Of a stretch of DNA of 51,956 nucleotides, positions 26,285 through 33,492 are shown one piece after another (position 1 is the first letter of the stretch; every line of letters begins with the position of its first letter). The position numbers and the translations under genes were made by a program. The stretch is taken from assembly GCA_041500405.1 (NCBI GenBank), contig JBGQMB010000002.1, positions 1 through 51,956 of the forward strand, given 5' to 3'. The stretch is from Candidatus Micrarchaeia archaeon (GTDB taxonomy: Archaea; Micrarchaeota; Micrarchaeia; Anstonellales; J096). The notes beneath the pieces were generated by a model. It had not been told where the DNA came from. It searched no databases and worked only from the letters and a program-made list of their open reading frames with translations.

Positions 26285-26359
26285 CGCCCCCGTCGGGATT
26301 TGAACCCGCATCTCAGGCTCCGGAAGCCCGCATTCTGATCCAGGTTGAACTACGGGGGC
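26285..26359 (-). tRNA. tRNA-Arg (anticodon CCG)
   Basis: Acceptor GCCCCCG/CGGGGGC, anticodon arm CGGGC-TTCCGGA-GCCTG, T loop TTCAAAT. 75 nt. Identical to 28204-28278 except at the first anticodon base. Confidence 0.85.
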
Positions 26360-26383
26360 AAGGATAATGTTGCGGCAAAGGTG

Positions 26384-26391
26384 TTAAAAAT
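26384..26391 (-). promoter_or_regulatory. A/T box for tRNA-Arg(CCG), fused to the stop codon of ankyrin gene 1
   Basis: On the minus strand this reads TGATTTTTAACACCTTTGCCGCAACATTATCCTT, then the tRNA 5' end ~28 nt downstream. Confidence 0.6.
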
Positions 26392-26996
26392 CAGGCGGCG
26401 ACGCAATCGCTGAATGACTTCATGAATAAGCGCAACGTTTCCGTGCCTATCAGATTCGCAACGTTGAGGAATGGCACGATTTTAAGATGGACCCGATATG
26501 TGGAATAGCCTCCGACCGTAAGGCTGTTTTTCCACTTTTCCTGTGATGAAACTAACAATTTCGTTAAATCGCCGCCTGCCTTGGCATATCTTTCTATGAG
26601 CATGGCGCAGGTTTCCACACGTCTGTCCGCCGCTGCCTTGTGCATGGCAGTCAAATTCTCATTGTCCTTTGCGGCAATCAGTTCTTTTACATTTCCGCCT
26701 GCCCTGGCATATTCCTTAATAAGTAAGATGCAAATTTCTGTATAACCTTCCCATGCTGCCACATACAAAGCTGTCCAGCCTATAGGGCTCTTTGCGGCGA
26801 TGTCTGCGCCCTTCTTGATGAGCCGCCTAATCTCTGCAGCATTATTAGCGAATGCAGCGTTCATAAGCGCAAGATCCACCTCCTCGCGCTTCTGTTTTGA
26901 CATCATCATCCTTCTAACGGACCTTGTGCCTGATACGAATCTGTGCATTGCCTTTTTCCTGAAACGGCCTTGCTCTTTTTCCTTCTGGCGCTGCAT
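26391..26996 (-). CDS. Ankyrin-repeat protein 1 (basic N-terminus, C-terminal ...FMKSFSDCVAA)
   Basis: Ankyrin consensus pieces (GWTALYVAAWEGYTEICILLI; LTAMHKAAADRRVETCAMLI; LIKKGADIAAK). The start at MQRQKEKEQ lies ~27 nt from the A/T box at 27020-27027. Confidence 0.8.
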   Translation of the reverse strand: MQRQKEKEQGRFRKKAMHRFVSGTRSVRRMMMSKQKREEVDLALMNAAFANNAAEIRRLIKKGADIAAKSPIGWTALYVAAWEGYTEICILLIKEYARAGGNVKELIAAKDNENLTAMHKAAADRRVETCAMLIERYAKAGGDLTKLLVSSQEKWKNSLTVGGYSTYRVHLKIVPFLNVANLIGTETLRLFMKSFSDCVAA

Positions 26997-27019
26997 GCCT
27001 TTATTGTGCGGCAAACAGA

Positions 27020-27027
27020 TTAAAAAT
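27020..27027 (-). promoter_or_regulatory. A/T box of ankyrin gene 1
   Basis: The minus strand reads TATTTTTAATCTGTTTGCCGCACAATAAAGGC-ATG. The TTTGCCGCA spacer is shared with the tRNA-Arg(CCG) and ankyrin-2 promoters. Confidence 0.6.
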
Positions 27028-27092
27028 AGCACAGCAGTGCCAAAATTAGAGGTGGGTTAGCGTAAGGGAGGATACTTCCTCCCTCGAAGGGG

Positions 27093-27100
27093 TTAAAAAT
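27093..27100 (-). promoter_or_regulatory. Orphan A/T box fused to the stop of ankyrin gene 2, followed by a hairpin rather than a gene
   Basis: The minus strand reads TGATTTTTAACCCCTTCGA, then the hairpin GGGAGGA-agta-TCCTCCC (27066-27083). Confidence 0.45.
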
Positions 27101-27576
27101 CAGGCTGCAACGCAGTCGCTGAAGGATTTCATGAATGCGTTTCCCGTTGCGCCCACAAGCCATTCCATAGATCTGAGAAACAATGCAGTTTCATTGTGTT
27201 TGTTCAATTCGGCACGGTATAAGGCAGCATTGCCATCATTGTCCTTTGCAATTATAAGTTTCTTTACGTTCCCGCCTAACTTTGCATATTCATTCAATAA
27301 AAAAGCACAAGTTTTGGTATTTCCATTCTCTGCGGCATTGTGCAGGGCTGTGTAGCCATACATTTCCTTTGCGGCGATGTTCGCACCGGCCTTGATGAGC
27401 CGCAATACCTTTTCGTTGTCGCCCCTCCATGCGGCGCTGATGAGTGTTTTATCCAACTCCTCGCGCCTCTGTTTTGATATCAGCATCCTTCTAACGGACC
27501 TTGTGCTTGACTTCATCAGGCGCATCATTGTTTTCCTGAAACGGTCCGGCTTCTTTTCTCTCTGGCGCTGTGCCAT
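27100..27576 (-). CDS. Ankyrin-repeat protein 2 (basic N-terminus, C-terminal ...FMKSFSDCVAA)
   Basis: GYTALHNAAENGNTKTCAFLL, LIKAGANIAAK, and NAALYRAELNKHNETALFL. The start at MAQRQREKK lies ~27 nt from the A/T box at 27600-27607. Confidence 0.8.
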   Translation of the reverse strand: MAQRQREKKPDRFRKTMMRLMKSSTRSVRRMLISKQRREELDKTLISAAWRGDNEKVLRLIKAGANIAAKEMYGYTALHNAAENGNTKTCAFLLNEYAKLGGNVKKLIIAKDNDGNAALYRAELNKHNETALFLRSMEWLVGATGNAFMKSFSDCVAA

Positions 27577-27599
27577 GGCTTTATTATGCGGCAAAGGGG

Positions 27600-27607
27600 T
27601 TAAAAAT
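27600..27607 (-). promoter_or_regulatory. A/T box of ankyrin gene 2, fused to the stop of ankyrin gene 3
   Basis: The minus strand reads TGATTTTTAACCCCTTTGCCGCATAATAAAGCC-ATG. Confidence 0.6.
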
Positions 27608-28080
27608 CAGGCTGTGCACTCATTGAACGATTTTAGGAAGGCTGCTGCTGTTTCGATGCCGAACATTTCCCTGAACAGCCTGGTTGCAAGGAACTGCGCG
27701 GTTTCGGTGTGTCCTTTCTCTGAGGCCATGCGAATGGCGGTCTTGTCCCAACTGTCTTTTGCGGAGATAAACGCCTTTACGTCTCCGCCGGCTTTTGCGT
27801 ATTCCTCCAGAAGAAATGCGCAGGGTTGGATGCGTCCGTTCCCTGCGGCACGGTGTAGGGTTGTCTGACCGAACTCGCTCGGTGCAGCGATGTCGGCACC
27901 TTTCTTGATGAGACGCGCTATTTGCGCATTGTTGCCATAATATGCTTGACGCCTGATGTTGTAATTGAGCTGGTCCTGCCTTTTTTCAGTCAGTTTCGGC
28001 TTCTCGCTCGGTAGTGGCTTGTGCTTGGCTGGTTTTAGCCCCTTAAATATTCTTTTCAGCAACGGCTCTCGCTTCTGCAT
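27607..28080 (-). CDS. Ankyrin-repeat protein 3 (C-terminal ...FLKSFNECTA)
   Basis: GQTTLHRAAGNGRIQPCAFLL, LIKKGADIAAP, and KTAIRMASEKGHTETAQFL. The ORF-track start at 28344 runs through two tRNA sequences and is rejected. MQKREPLL (28080) parallels the other two N-termini; ATG 28086 is an alternative. Confidence 0.78.
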   Translation of the reverse strand: MQKREPLLKRIFKGLKPAKHKPLPSEKPKLTEKRQDQLNYNIRRQAYYGNNAQIARLIKKGADIAAPSEFGQTTLHRAAGNGRIQPCAFLLEEYAKAGGDVKAFISAKDSWDKTAIRMASEKGHTETAQFLATRLFREMFGIETAAAFLKSFNECTA

Positions 28081-28113
28081 TACCATATTAGGCGGCGAAG
28101 AGGTTATAAGGAT

Positions 28114-28140
28114 GCGCCCCCGTCGGGATTTGAACCCTGC
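28114..28140 (-). pseudogene. Isolated tRNA 3' fragment (T-arm plus 3' acceptor strand) related to tRNA-Arg
   Basis: The minus strand reads CAGGGTTCAAATCCCGACGGGGGCG. About 22 nt are identical to the 3' ends of both tRNA-Arg genes. No matching 5' acceptor strand (GCCCCCG) or anticodon arm lies in the 63 nt upstream. Confidence 0.6.
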
Positions 28141-28203
28141 GTGTTCAAACCCCTCTGATAAATAATCAAATGTCGATAACTTGCAGTAAGCAGTTGAAAA
28201 GCT

Positions 28204-28278
28204 CGCCCCCGTCGGGATTTGAACCCGCATCTCAGGCTCCGCAAGCCCGCATTCTGATCCAGGTTGAACTACGGGGGC
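28204..28278 (-). tRNA. tRNA-Arg (anticodon GCG)
   Basis: Same sequence as 26285-26359 except that the anticodon loop is TTGCGGA instead of TTCCGGA. Confidence 0.85.
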
Positions 28279-28302
28279 TATTGCATTTGTGCAACAAAGA
28301 GG

Positions 28303-28310
28303 TTTTAAAT
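28303..28310 (-). promoter_or_regulatory. A/T box for tRNA-Arg(GCG)
   Basis: The minus strand reads CATTTAAAACCTCTTTGTTGCACAAATGCAATAG, then the tRNA 5' end ~28 nt downstream. Confidence 0.6.
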
Positions 28311-28388
28311 GCCACCAGACGCGCATTTTGCGCCGGCGCCTCACAAGATATTAAAACATATGCCCTCTATCTCTTTCAGGTGTTTTTG

Positions 28389-28640
28389 ATGGGAGAAGTC
28401 GCAGTGACGTTCAAGGTTTTCGTTGAGGATATGTCGGTATTCGATGCTGTAAAGAAGGAGCTGGAAAAGGCCGGGGCAAAGAGCATGAAGGATGAGGAGG
28501 TCGGCTTCGGCATAAAGACCATAAGGGCGGTTTTCATAATCCCGGACGGGGAAGGGCAGATTGACAAGCTCGAGGCAAAGGTCTCGTCCCTGAAGGGCGT
28601 TTCCGAGATAAGAGCAGAGGAAATGGGAAGACTGATGTGA
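28389..28640 (+). CDS. Translation elongation factor aEF-1 beta
   Basis: 83 aa. MGEVAVTFKVFVEDMSVFDAVKKELEK...EVGFGIKTIRAVFIIPDGEGQIDKLEAKVSSLKGVSEIRAEEMGRL matches the archaeal EF-1beta pattern. AGGTG lies 8 nt upstream. The longer ORF-track N-terminus overlaps tRNA-Arg and is rejected. Confidence 0.88.
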   Translation: MGEVAVTFKVFVEDMSVFDAVKKELEKAGAKSMKDEEVGFGIKTIRAVFIIPDGEGQIDKLEAKVSSLKGVSEIRAEEMGRLM

Positions 28641-28648
28641 ATGCCTAA

Positions 28649-28666
28649 GGCGCCGTGCGCGGCGCC
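28649..28666. terminator. GC-rich hairpin between convergent genes
   Basis: GGCGCCG-tgcg-CGGCGCC (7-bp stem) followed by TAAATTAATTTTATTT. Confidence 0.5.
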
Positions 28667-28677
28667 CTAAATTAATT

Positions 28678-30273
28678 TTATTTCCGATAGAACGAGAAGA
28701 AAATGTACAGCGCAACCAATATCGCTATCGCCGCAAGTGTCACCATAAGCGCAAGCGATATTCCGCCGACGTTAACAATAAACGTGTACGGCTCAAACCC
28801 GTCCTTTGTCAATATCATCGTGTAGTCCCCCGGCGAGGAGGGCGTAAACGAGAACCTGTTCGACGTTATCGTGCTGTTCTGCCCGCCGTTGACGCTGACG
28901 TTGAAGTCCTTCACGGAGATGTTCAGCGAGTCGTAAATGAGTATCGCGTATTCCTTTCCGGATTCCATGCCCTTTGGCGCGCTCACTGAAAATATGTTCT
29001 TCTGCGCATCCTGCGCGCGGTAAAGGCTGAGCGTGGGGATGAACGCGTTGCTTGTCTGGGACGATGTCCTGCACCTGACTGTCATGATGCCAAATGGATA
29101 CGCTGTTGGGTCTATCTCCGCCTTCCAGCTCGTGGAGCCGGACGCGGCCTTCCATGGCCCGCCGTTCACGCTTGTCTCGACCTTGAAATTGGCGGATGAG
29201 AACGCGTTTCCGGAAACAGCGAAGGGAAGGTATCCGACTTCCGCGTAATCATCGGGCGACGCCATTGCGCATCCGGAGCTGAACTGCGTGCCCTGCACAA
29301 GCGCGCCGCGCCCAAGGAGCAGCATGCCGCCTGAGAATGCCGGCGTGTATCCGCTGAACTCAAAATCGCCGACTGCCCTGAGCATGCTGTCAAGCAGCAC
29401 GAGCCTTTCGCCCATGAGCACGGCATATCCATTGATGTTCGGATAGATGCCGATTGCGATGCCCTTTGGTATTTTTGTCGAGTTGATTATTGTCAAATTC
29501 TTTGAAATCCTGTATGCTACCCCCGAGCTGCCGTATGCGATTATGCTGCTTCCCTCGCTGTAAAGGTACATGGCGTTGTCCGGAAGGGAAAGCGTGTCAT
29601 AAATCCTTCCGTCCCCGTTGAAAGAGGCAATGAGGCCGCTTGATGCGCCCGCATAGAGCCTGCCGTCAATGATTATTATGTTGGATGAAACGGCCTGCAT
29701 CGGGATTGCCGCCATCGAGCTGAGCGTCGCATCGCCAGGAATCAATATTCCCTTGTCCGAAAAGAAAATGGGCTTGTTGAATCCTGCTGGCGCGGATGCG
29801 CAGGATGCCACTGTCCCGGAAACGGAGGAACTGCCCAAGGCTGAGAAACTGCCGTTGAATTCGAGCTTGAGCGCGGTTATCGTGGATTCGTCATCTCCCG
29901 GAGAGACCGCATAGAACATGCTCTGTCCCCCGTAGCACATTGCAGATATCTTGTTTGCCTTGCCAAGCGCGGTCTCGGTTTTCTTTCCGCTGAGCATATT
30001 GACTGAGACAAACGAGTCGTTGCTGTACCCCGCAATGTAATTTATCTGCTCCGCGTAAGCCGGCGCGCTGGAAAAATTGAAATTGGCTGCGAAATAGTTG
30101 AATGTGCCCTTTGCAGGATCCAAGATATAGACGTTGTTGTTGCCGTATGCAAGGACTTTGCCGCTGGAAAGGGTGAACATGCCCTTCATCGGCTCGCCCA
30201 GCTGGGCGTCCCAGGAAAAGGCGGTTGTGAACAATAAAAGGAATAATATGGAAAGGAGGTTTTGTGGCCTCAT
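28678..30273 (-). CDS. Cell-surface protein (signal peptide, repeat/beta-propeller-like region, Ig-like C-terminal part, C-terminal TM anchor)
   Basis: The N-terminal LLSILFLLLFTTAFS and the C-terminal LALMVTLAAIAILVALYIFFSF are both hydrophobic. The ATG directly follows the rpl11 stop with no spacer. Confidence 0.65.
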   Translation of the reverse strand: MRPQNLLSILFLLLFTTAFSWDAQLGEPMKGMFTLSSGKVLAYGNNNVYILDPAKGTFNYFAANFNFSSAPAYAEQINYIAGYSNDSFVSVNMLSGKKTETALGKANKISAMCYGGQSMFYAVSPGDDESTITALKLEFNGSFSALGSSSVSGTVASCASAPAGFNKPIFFSDKGILIPGDATLSSMAAIPMQAVSSNIIIIDGRLYAGASSGLIASFNGDGRIYDTLSLPDNAMYLYSEGSSIIAYGSSGVAYRISKNLTIINSTKIPKGIAIGIYPNINGYAVLMGERLVLLDSMLRAVGDFEFSGYTPAFSGGMLLLGRGALVQGTQFSSGCAMASPDDYAEVGYLPFAVSGNAFSSANFKVETSVNGGPWKAASGSTSWKAEIDPTAYPFGIMTVRCRTSSQTSNAFIPTLSLYRAQDAQKNIFSVSAPKGMESGKEYAILIYDSLNISVKDFNVSVNGGQNSTITSNRFSFTPSSPGDYTMILTKDGFEPYTFIVNVGGISLALMVTLAAIAILVALYIFFSFYRK

Positions 30274-30756
30274 TTACACCATCTTCGAGTCGTACTCTCC
30301 CTTGTCAATGGATTGCTGGACATCCTTGGGCTTCTTTTTCTCCACTGTTATGCCCATGCTCATCGACGTCCCGAGCACTTCCTTGACCCTTGACTTCAGC
30401 GAGGAGGCGTTTCCCTTGCCCTGCGTGCTTTTCGCAAGCTCAACCGCCTTCTCGAAAGATATGTCACCGACCGGAGGCTCCTTCCACGCCATCTTGTGGC
30501 CCTTTTCCACCTTTGCGCTCTTCTTGAGGAGCTCTGATGTTGTTGGCGAGCCGACCTCTATCTCGAAGCTTTTTGAGGCAGGGTCCGCAATGATCCTGAC
30601 CGGCACCTTCATGCCTGAAAATGCCTTTGTCATCTCGTTTATCTTTGCGACTACCTGTCCCGCATTTATGCCAAGCGGCCCCAGCGCAGGCCCAATAGGC
30701 GGCCCTGCGGTCGCCTTTCCGCCTTCGATTATAGCATTTATCTCTTTCTTTGCCAT
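30274..30756 (-). CDS. rpl11: Ribosomal protein uL11
   Basis: IEGGKATAGPPIGPALGPLGINAGQVVAKINEMT is the L11 signature. GGTGA lies 7 nt upstream of the ATG. Confidence 0.93.
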   Translation of the reverse strand: MAKKEINAIIEGGKATAGPPIGPALGPLGINAGQVVAKINEMTKAFSGMKVPVRIIADPASKSFEIEVGSPTTSELLKKSAKVEKGHKMAWKEPPVGDISFEKAVELAKSTQGKGNASSLKSRVKEVLGTSMSMGITVEKKKPKDVQQSIDKGEYDSKMV

Positions 30757-30931
30757 GTGATTTCACCTTGCTTTTTTGTATCAATTTGGGCTATCAGCAT
30801 TTGAGGGATTTCAATCGTTGAGTTTAAAAAGCATATTGTTGTTGTATATAGTGCTATGTGGGTGTTTTTGCCATATTTTTTAAAGAGTTCCGCCCTAATT
30901 TCCATTCAATAATTATATTGAAAATGAGACG

Positions 30932-33373
30932 ATGGTCATTATGGAGCAACTGCTGCTTGAACCCATAGAAAAGAGCCTTAAGGATGCATACCTGGCTTAC
31001 GCCATGAGCGTGATAGTCTCAAGGGCTATTCCGGACGTGAGGGACGGCCTAAAGCCCGTCCACAGGAGGATATTGTATGCCATGAACGAGCTGGGCATGG
31101 CAAGCAACAAGCCGTTCAAGAAATCCGCAAGGATTGTGGGAGAGGTTTTGGGAAAATACCACCCGCACGGGGACGTTGCCATTTACGATTCGTTGGTCAG
31201 GATGGCGCAGCCATTCTCATTGAGATACCCTTTGGTGAACGGGCAGGGAAACTTCGGCAGCGTTGACGGGGACCCGCCTGCGGCAATGAGATACACGGAG
31301 GCCAGGATGGGGAGGATGGCAGAGGAAATGCTTGCCGACCTTGACTCCGAAACTGTTGACTTCATGCCTAATTTTGACGACACGCTCAAGGAGCCGATTG
31401 TGCTTCCGTCAAGGGTGCCTAACCTGGTGCTCAACGGAACGGCCGGAATCGCGGTCGGCATGGCGTCCAACATACCGCCCCACAACCTGAACGAGGTCGT
31501 TGACGGCCTTTTGCAGATGATAGAAGGCAAGGGCGAGAATGAGATATGCGAAACGATAAAGGGGCCGGACTTCCCGACCGGCGGAATAATAATAGGCAGG
31601 GATGAGGTTGAAAGGGCGAAGAGGGAGGGCAGGGGCATTATCCAGGTAAGGGGAAGGGCGACGACAGAAGACGACAAGATACTGATAACGGAACTGCCTT
31701 ACCAGACCAACAAGGCAAAGCTCATTGAGGAGATAGCGGAAAAGGTCAAGGACGGTATTATTGAGGGCATCGCGGACATCAACGACAGGAGCGACAAGGA
31801 CGGCCTAACTGTGGAGATAAGGGTCAAGAAGGGCCACAACCCGGAAATCGTGCTCAACAAGCTTTACGAGCACAGCGCGCTCCAGTCAAGCTTCGGCATA
31901 ATAAACATAGCCCTTGTTGAGGGAAGGCCGAAAGTGCTCACGCTGTACGAAATGCTGAATGCGTTTTTGAAATTCAGGGAAGAGGTTGTCAAAAGAAGGA
32001 CCTCGTTCCTGCTAAGGAAGGCGGAGGAAAGGGACCATATAGTCATAGGCCTGCTGAAGGCGCTTGACAGGATAGACGCGGTCATTGAGATAGCAAAAAA
32101 ATCCAAGGACCAGATGGAGGCGCAGGGCAAATTGATAAGCGCGCTCGGCATAAGCGAAAGGCAGGCAAAGTCCATACTTGAGATGAAAATACAGACGCTA
32201 ACCGGGCTTGAGACTGACAAGCTGAAGAAGGAGCATAACGGGCTCCTTGTCAGCATAACAGATTACAATGAAATACTTTCAAACAGGCAGAAGCTGATGT
32301 CGCTCATAAAGAAGGAGCTTGAGGAGATAAGGCAGAAATACGGGGACCAAAGAAGGACGGAGATAAGGGAAGGCGAAGGCGAAATAGACTACGAAAGCAT
32401 GATACAGGACAACGATGTCGTCATAACGATGTCCAAAAAAGGATACCTCAAGAGAATCCTGCTCACGGAGTTCAAGTCCCAGAGAAGGGGCGGAAAGGGG
32501 GTCAGGATATCCGGGGGCGAGGAGGAGATGGAGGACACGATAGTGACGACAAACAAGACCACGATGCTGGTTTTCTCGGACAAGGGCATCGCCAGGTGGA
32601 TAAAGGCTTACAACGTCCCGAAGGCGGAAAGGTACTCGAAGGGGACGCACATTGCCAACATAATACCGCTTGAGCAGGGCGAAAGCATCGTTTCAATCCT
32701 TCCTGTCAGCAGCCTTGAGAAAGGGCACTTGGTTTTCCTCACGCGCAAGGGGACTATAAAGAAGGTTGAGATGTCCAGCTTCTCGAACCCCAGAAAGGGC
32801 GGAATCATCGCAATAAAGCTTCCGGAGCATGACGCGCTGCTTGAAGTCAAAAGCATGGAAGGCGAGGGCGACGTGATGGTGGCGACGCGGAACGGATACG
32901 CGATAAGGTTCCAGTCCAGCGACATGAGGGAGATTGGAAGGGCGGCTTACGGCGTAAGGGGCATAAGGCTCAGGGAAAAGGACGAGGTCATCGGCATAGA
33001 GGTCGTAAAGAAGCCGTTCATGGTCATCGTCTCCGAAAACGGGTTCGGCAAGATAATAGACGTTTCGGAATTCAGGGCCCAGCACAGGGGCGGAATGGGC
33101 GTAATAGGCATGAAGGTCAATGAGAAGACCGGAAGCGCGATGGCGCTGCGTTCGGCTGAAAAGGAAAACACCATATTCCTTGTGTCGTCCAAGGGCAAGA
33201 GCATAGCCAGCAAGATATCCGAGATAAGGGAAGTGTCGCGGTATGCGAGCGGCGTCAGGCTCATGGACTTGGAGGACGGCGACAAGGTCGTTTCCGCGTC
33301 CGTCATAGTGTCGGGCCTCGACATCGGCGAGCCTGAAGCGGAGCCTGCAGGCCAGCAGGGACAAGGATTATAA
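30932..33373 (+). CDS. gyrA: DNA gyrase subunit A
   Basis: [36 protein letters not shown], the active-site region AAMRYTEAR, and C-terminal beta-pinwheel repeats. 813 aa. No gyrB is adjacent. Confidence 0.93.
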   Translation: MVIMEQLLLEPIEKSLKDAYLAYAMSVIVSRAIPDVRDGLKPVHRRILYAMNELGMASNKPFKKSARIVGEVLGKYHPHGDVAIYDSLVRMAQPFSLRYPLVNGQGNFGSVDGDPPAAMRYTEARMGRMAEEMLADLDSETVDFMPNFDDTLKEPIVLPSRVPNLVLNGTAGIAVGMASNIPPHNLNEVVDGLLQMIEGKGENEICETIKGPDFPTGGIIIGRDEVERAKREGRGIIQVRGRATTEDDKILITELPYQTNKAKLIEEIAEKVKDGIIEGIADINDRSDKDGLTVEIRVKKGHNPEIVLNKLYEHSALQSSFGIINIALVEGRPKVLTLYEMLNAFLKFREEVVKRRTSFLLRKAEERDHIVIGLLKALDRIDAVIEIAKKSKDQMEAQGKLISALGISERQAKSILEMKIQTLTGLETDKLKKEHNGLLVSITDYNEILSNRQKLMSLIKKELEEIRQKYGDQRRTEIREGEGEIDYESMIQDNDVVITMSKKGYLKRILLTEFKSQRRGGKGVRISGGEEEMEDTIVTTNKTTMLVFSDKGIARWIKAYNVPKAERYSKGTHIANIIPLEQGESIVSILPVSSLEKGHLVFLTRKGTIKKVEMSSFSNPRKGGIIAIKLPEHDALLEVKSMEGEGDVMVATRNGYAIRFQSSDMREIGRAAYGVRGIRLREKDEVIGIEVVKKPFMVIVSENGFGKIIDVSEFRAQHRGGMGVIGMKVNEKTGSAMALRSAEKENTIFLVSSKGKSIASKISEIREVSRYASGVRLMDLEDGDKVVSASVIVSGLDIGEPEAEPAGQQGQGL

Positions 33374-33401
33374 AGTCTATTGCAAAAGAATTGGTATTGC
33401 C

Positions 33402-33475
33402 GCCGCAGTAGCTCAGCCCGGTAGAGCACTCGGCTGAAGACCGAGGCGTCGCTGGTTCAAATCCGGCCTGCGGCA
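33402..33475 (+). tRNA. tRNA-Phe (anticodon GAA)
   Basis: Acceptor GCCGCAG/CTGCGGC, D arm GCTC-AGCCCGGTA-GAGC, anticodon arm CTCGG-CTGAAGA-CCGAG, T arm GCTGG-TTCAAAT-CCGGC, discriminator A. Confidence 0.88.
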
Positions 33476-33492
33476 AAACCTAATTTTTCGTT

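Noticed and set aside
28114-28203. An attempt to fold the whole 28114-28203 interval as an intron-containing or atypical tRNA.
   Set aside because: No 5' acceptor strand complementary to CGGGGGC, no D-arm and no anticodon stem could be formed. Only the 3' 25-27 nt are tRNA-like.
28087-28388. N-terminal extensions in the ORF track: ankyrin gene 3 up to 28344, and EF-1beta from 28170.
   Set aside because: Both extensions read straight through tRNA-Arg(GCG) and the tRNA fragment. Internal starts have proper promoter or SD context and align with paralogs or family N-termini.
30932-33373. The idea that the bacterial-type genes (gyrA, alaS, T9SS-like domain) indicate a chimeric or contaminated assembly.
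   Set aside because: Gyrase is established in many archaeal lineages. Composition, A/T-box promoter spacing and codon style are continuous across these genes and their clearly archaeal neighbours. Horizontal acquisition is the simpler explanation.
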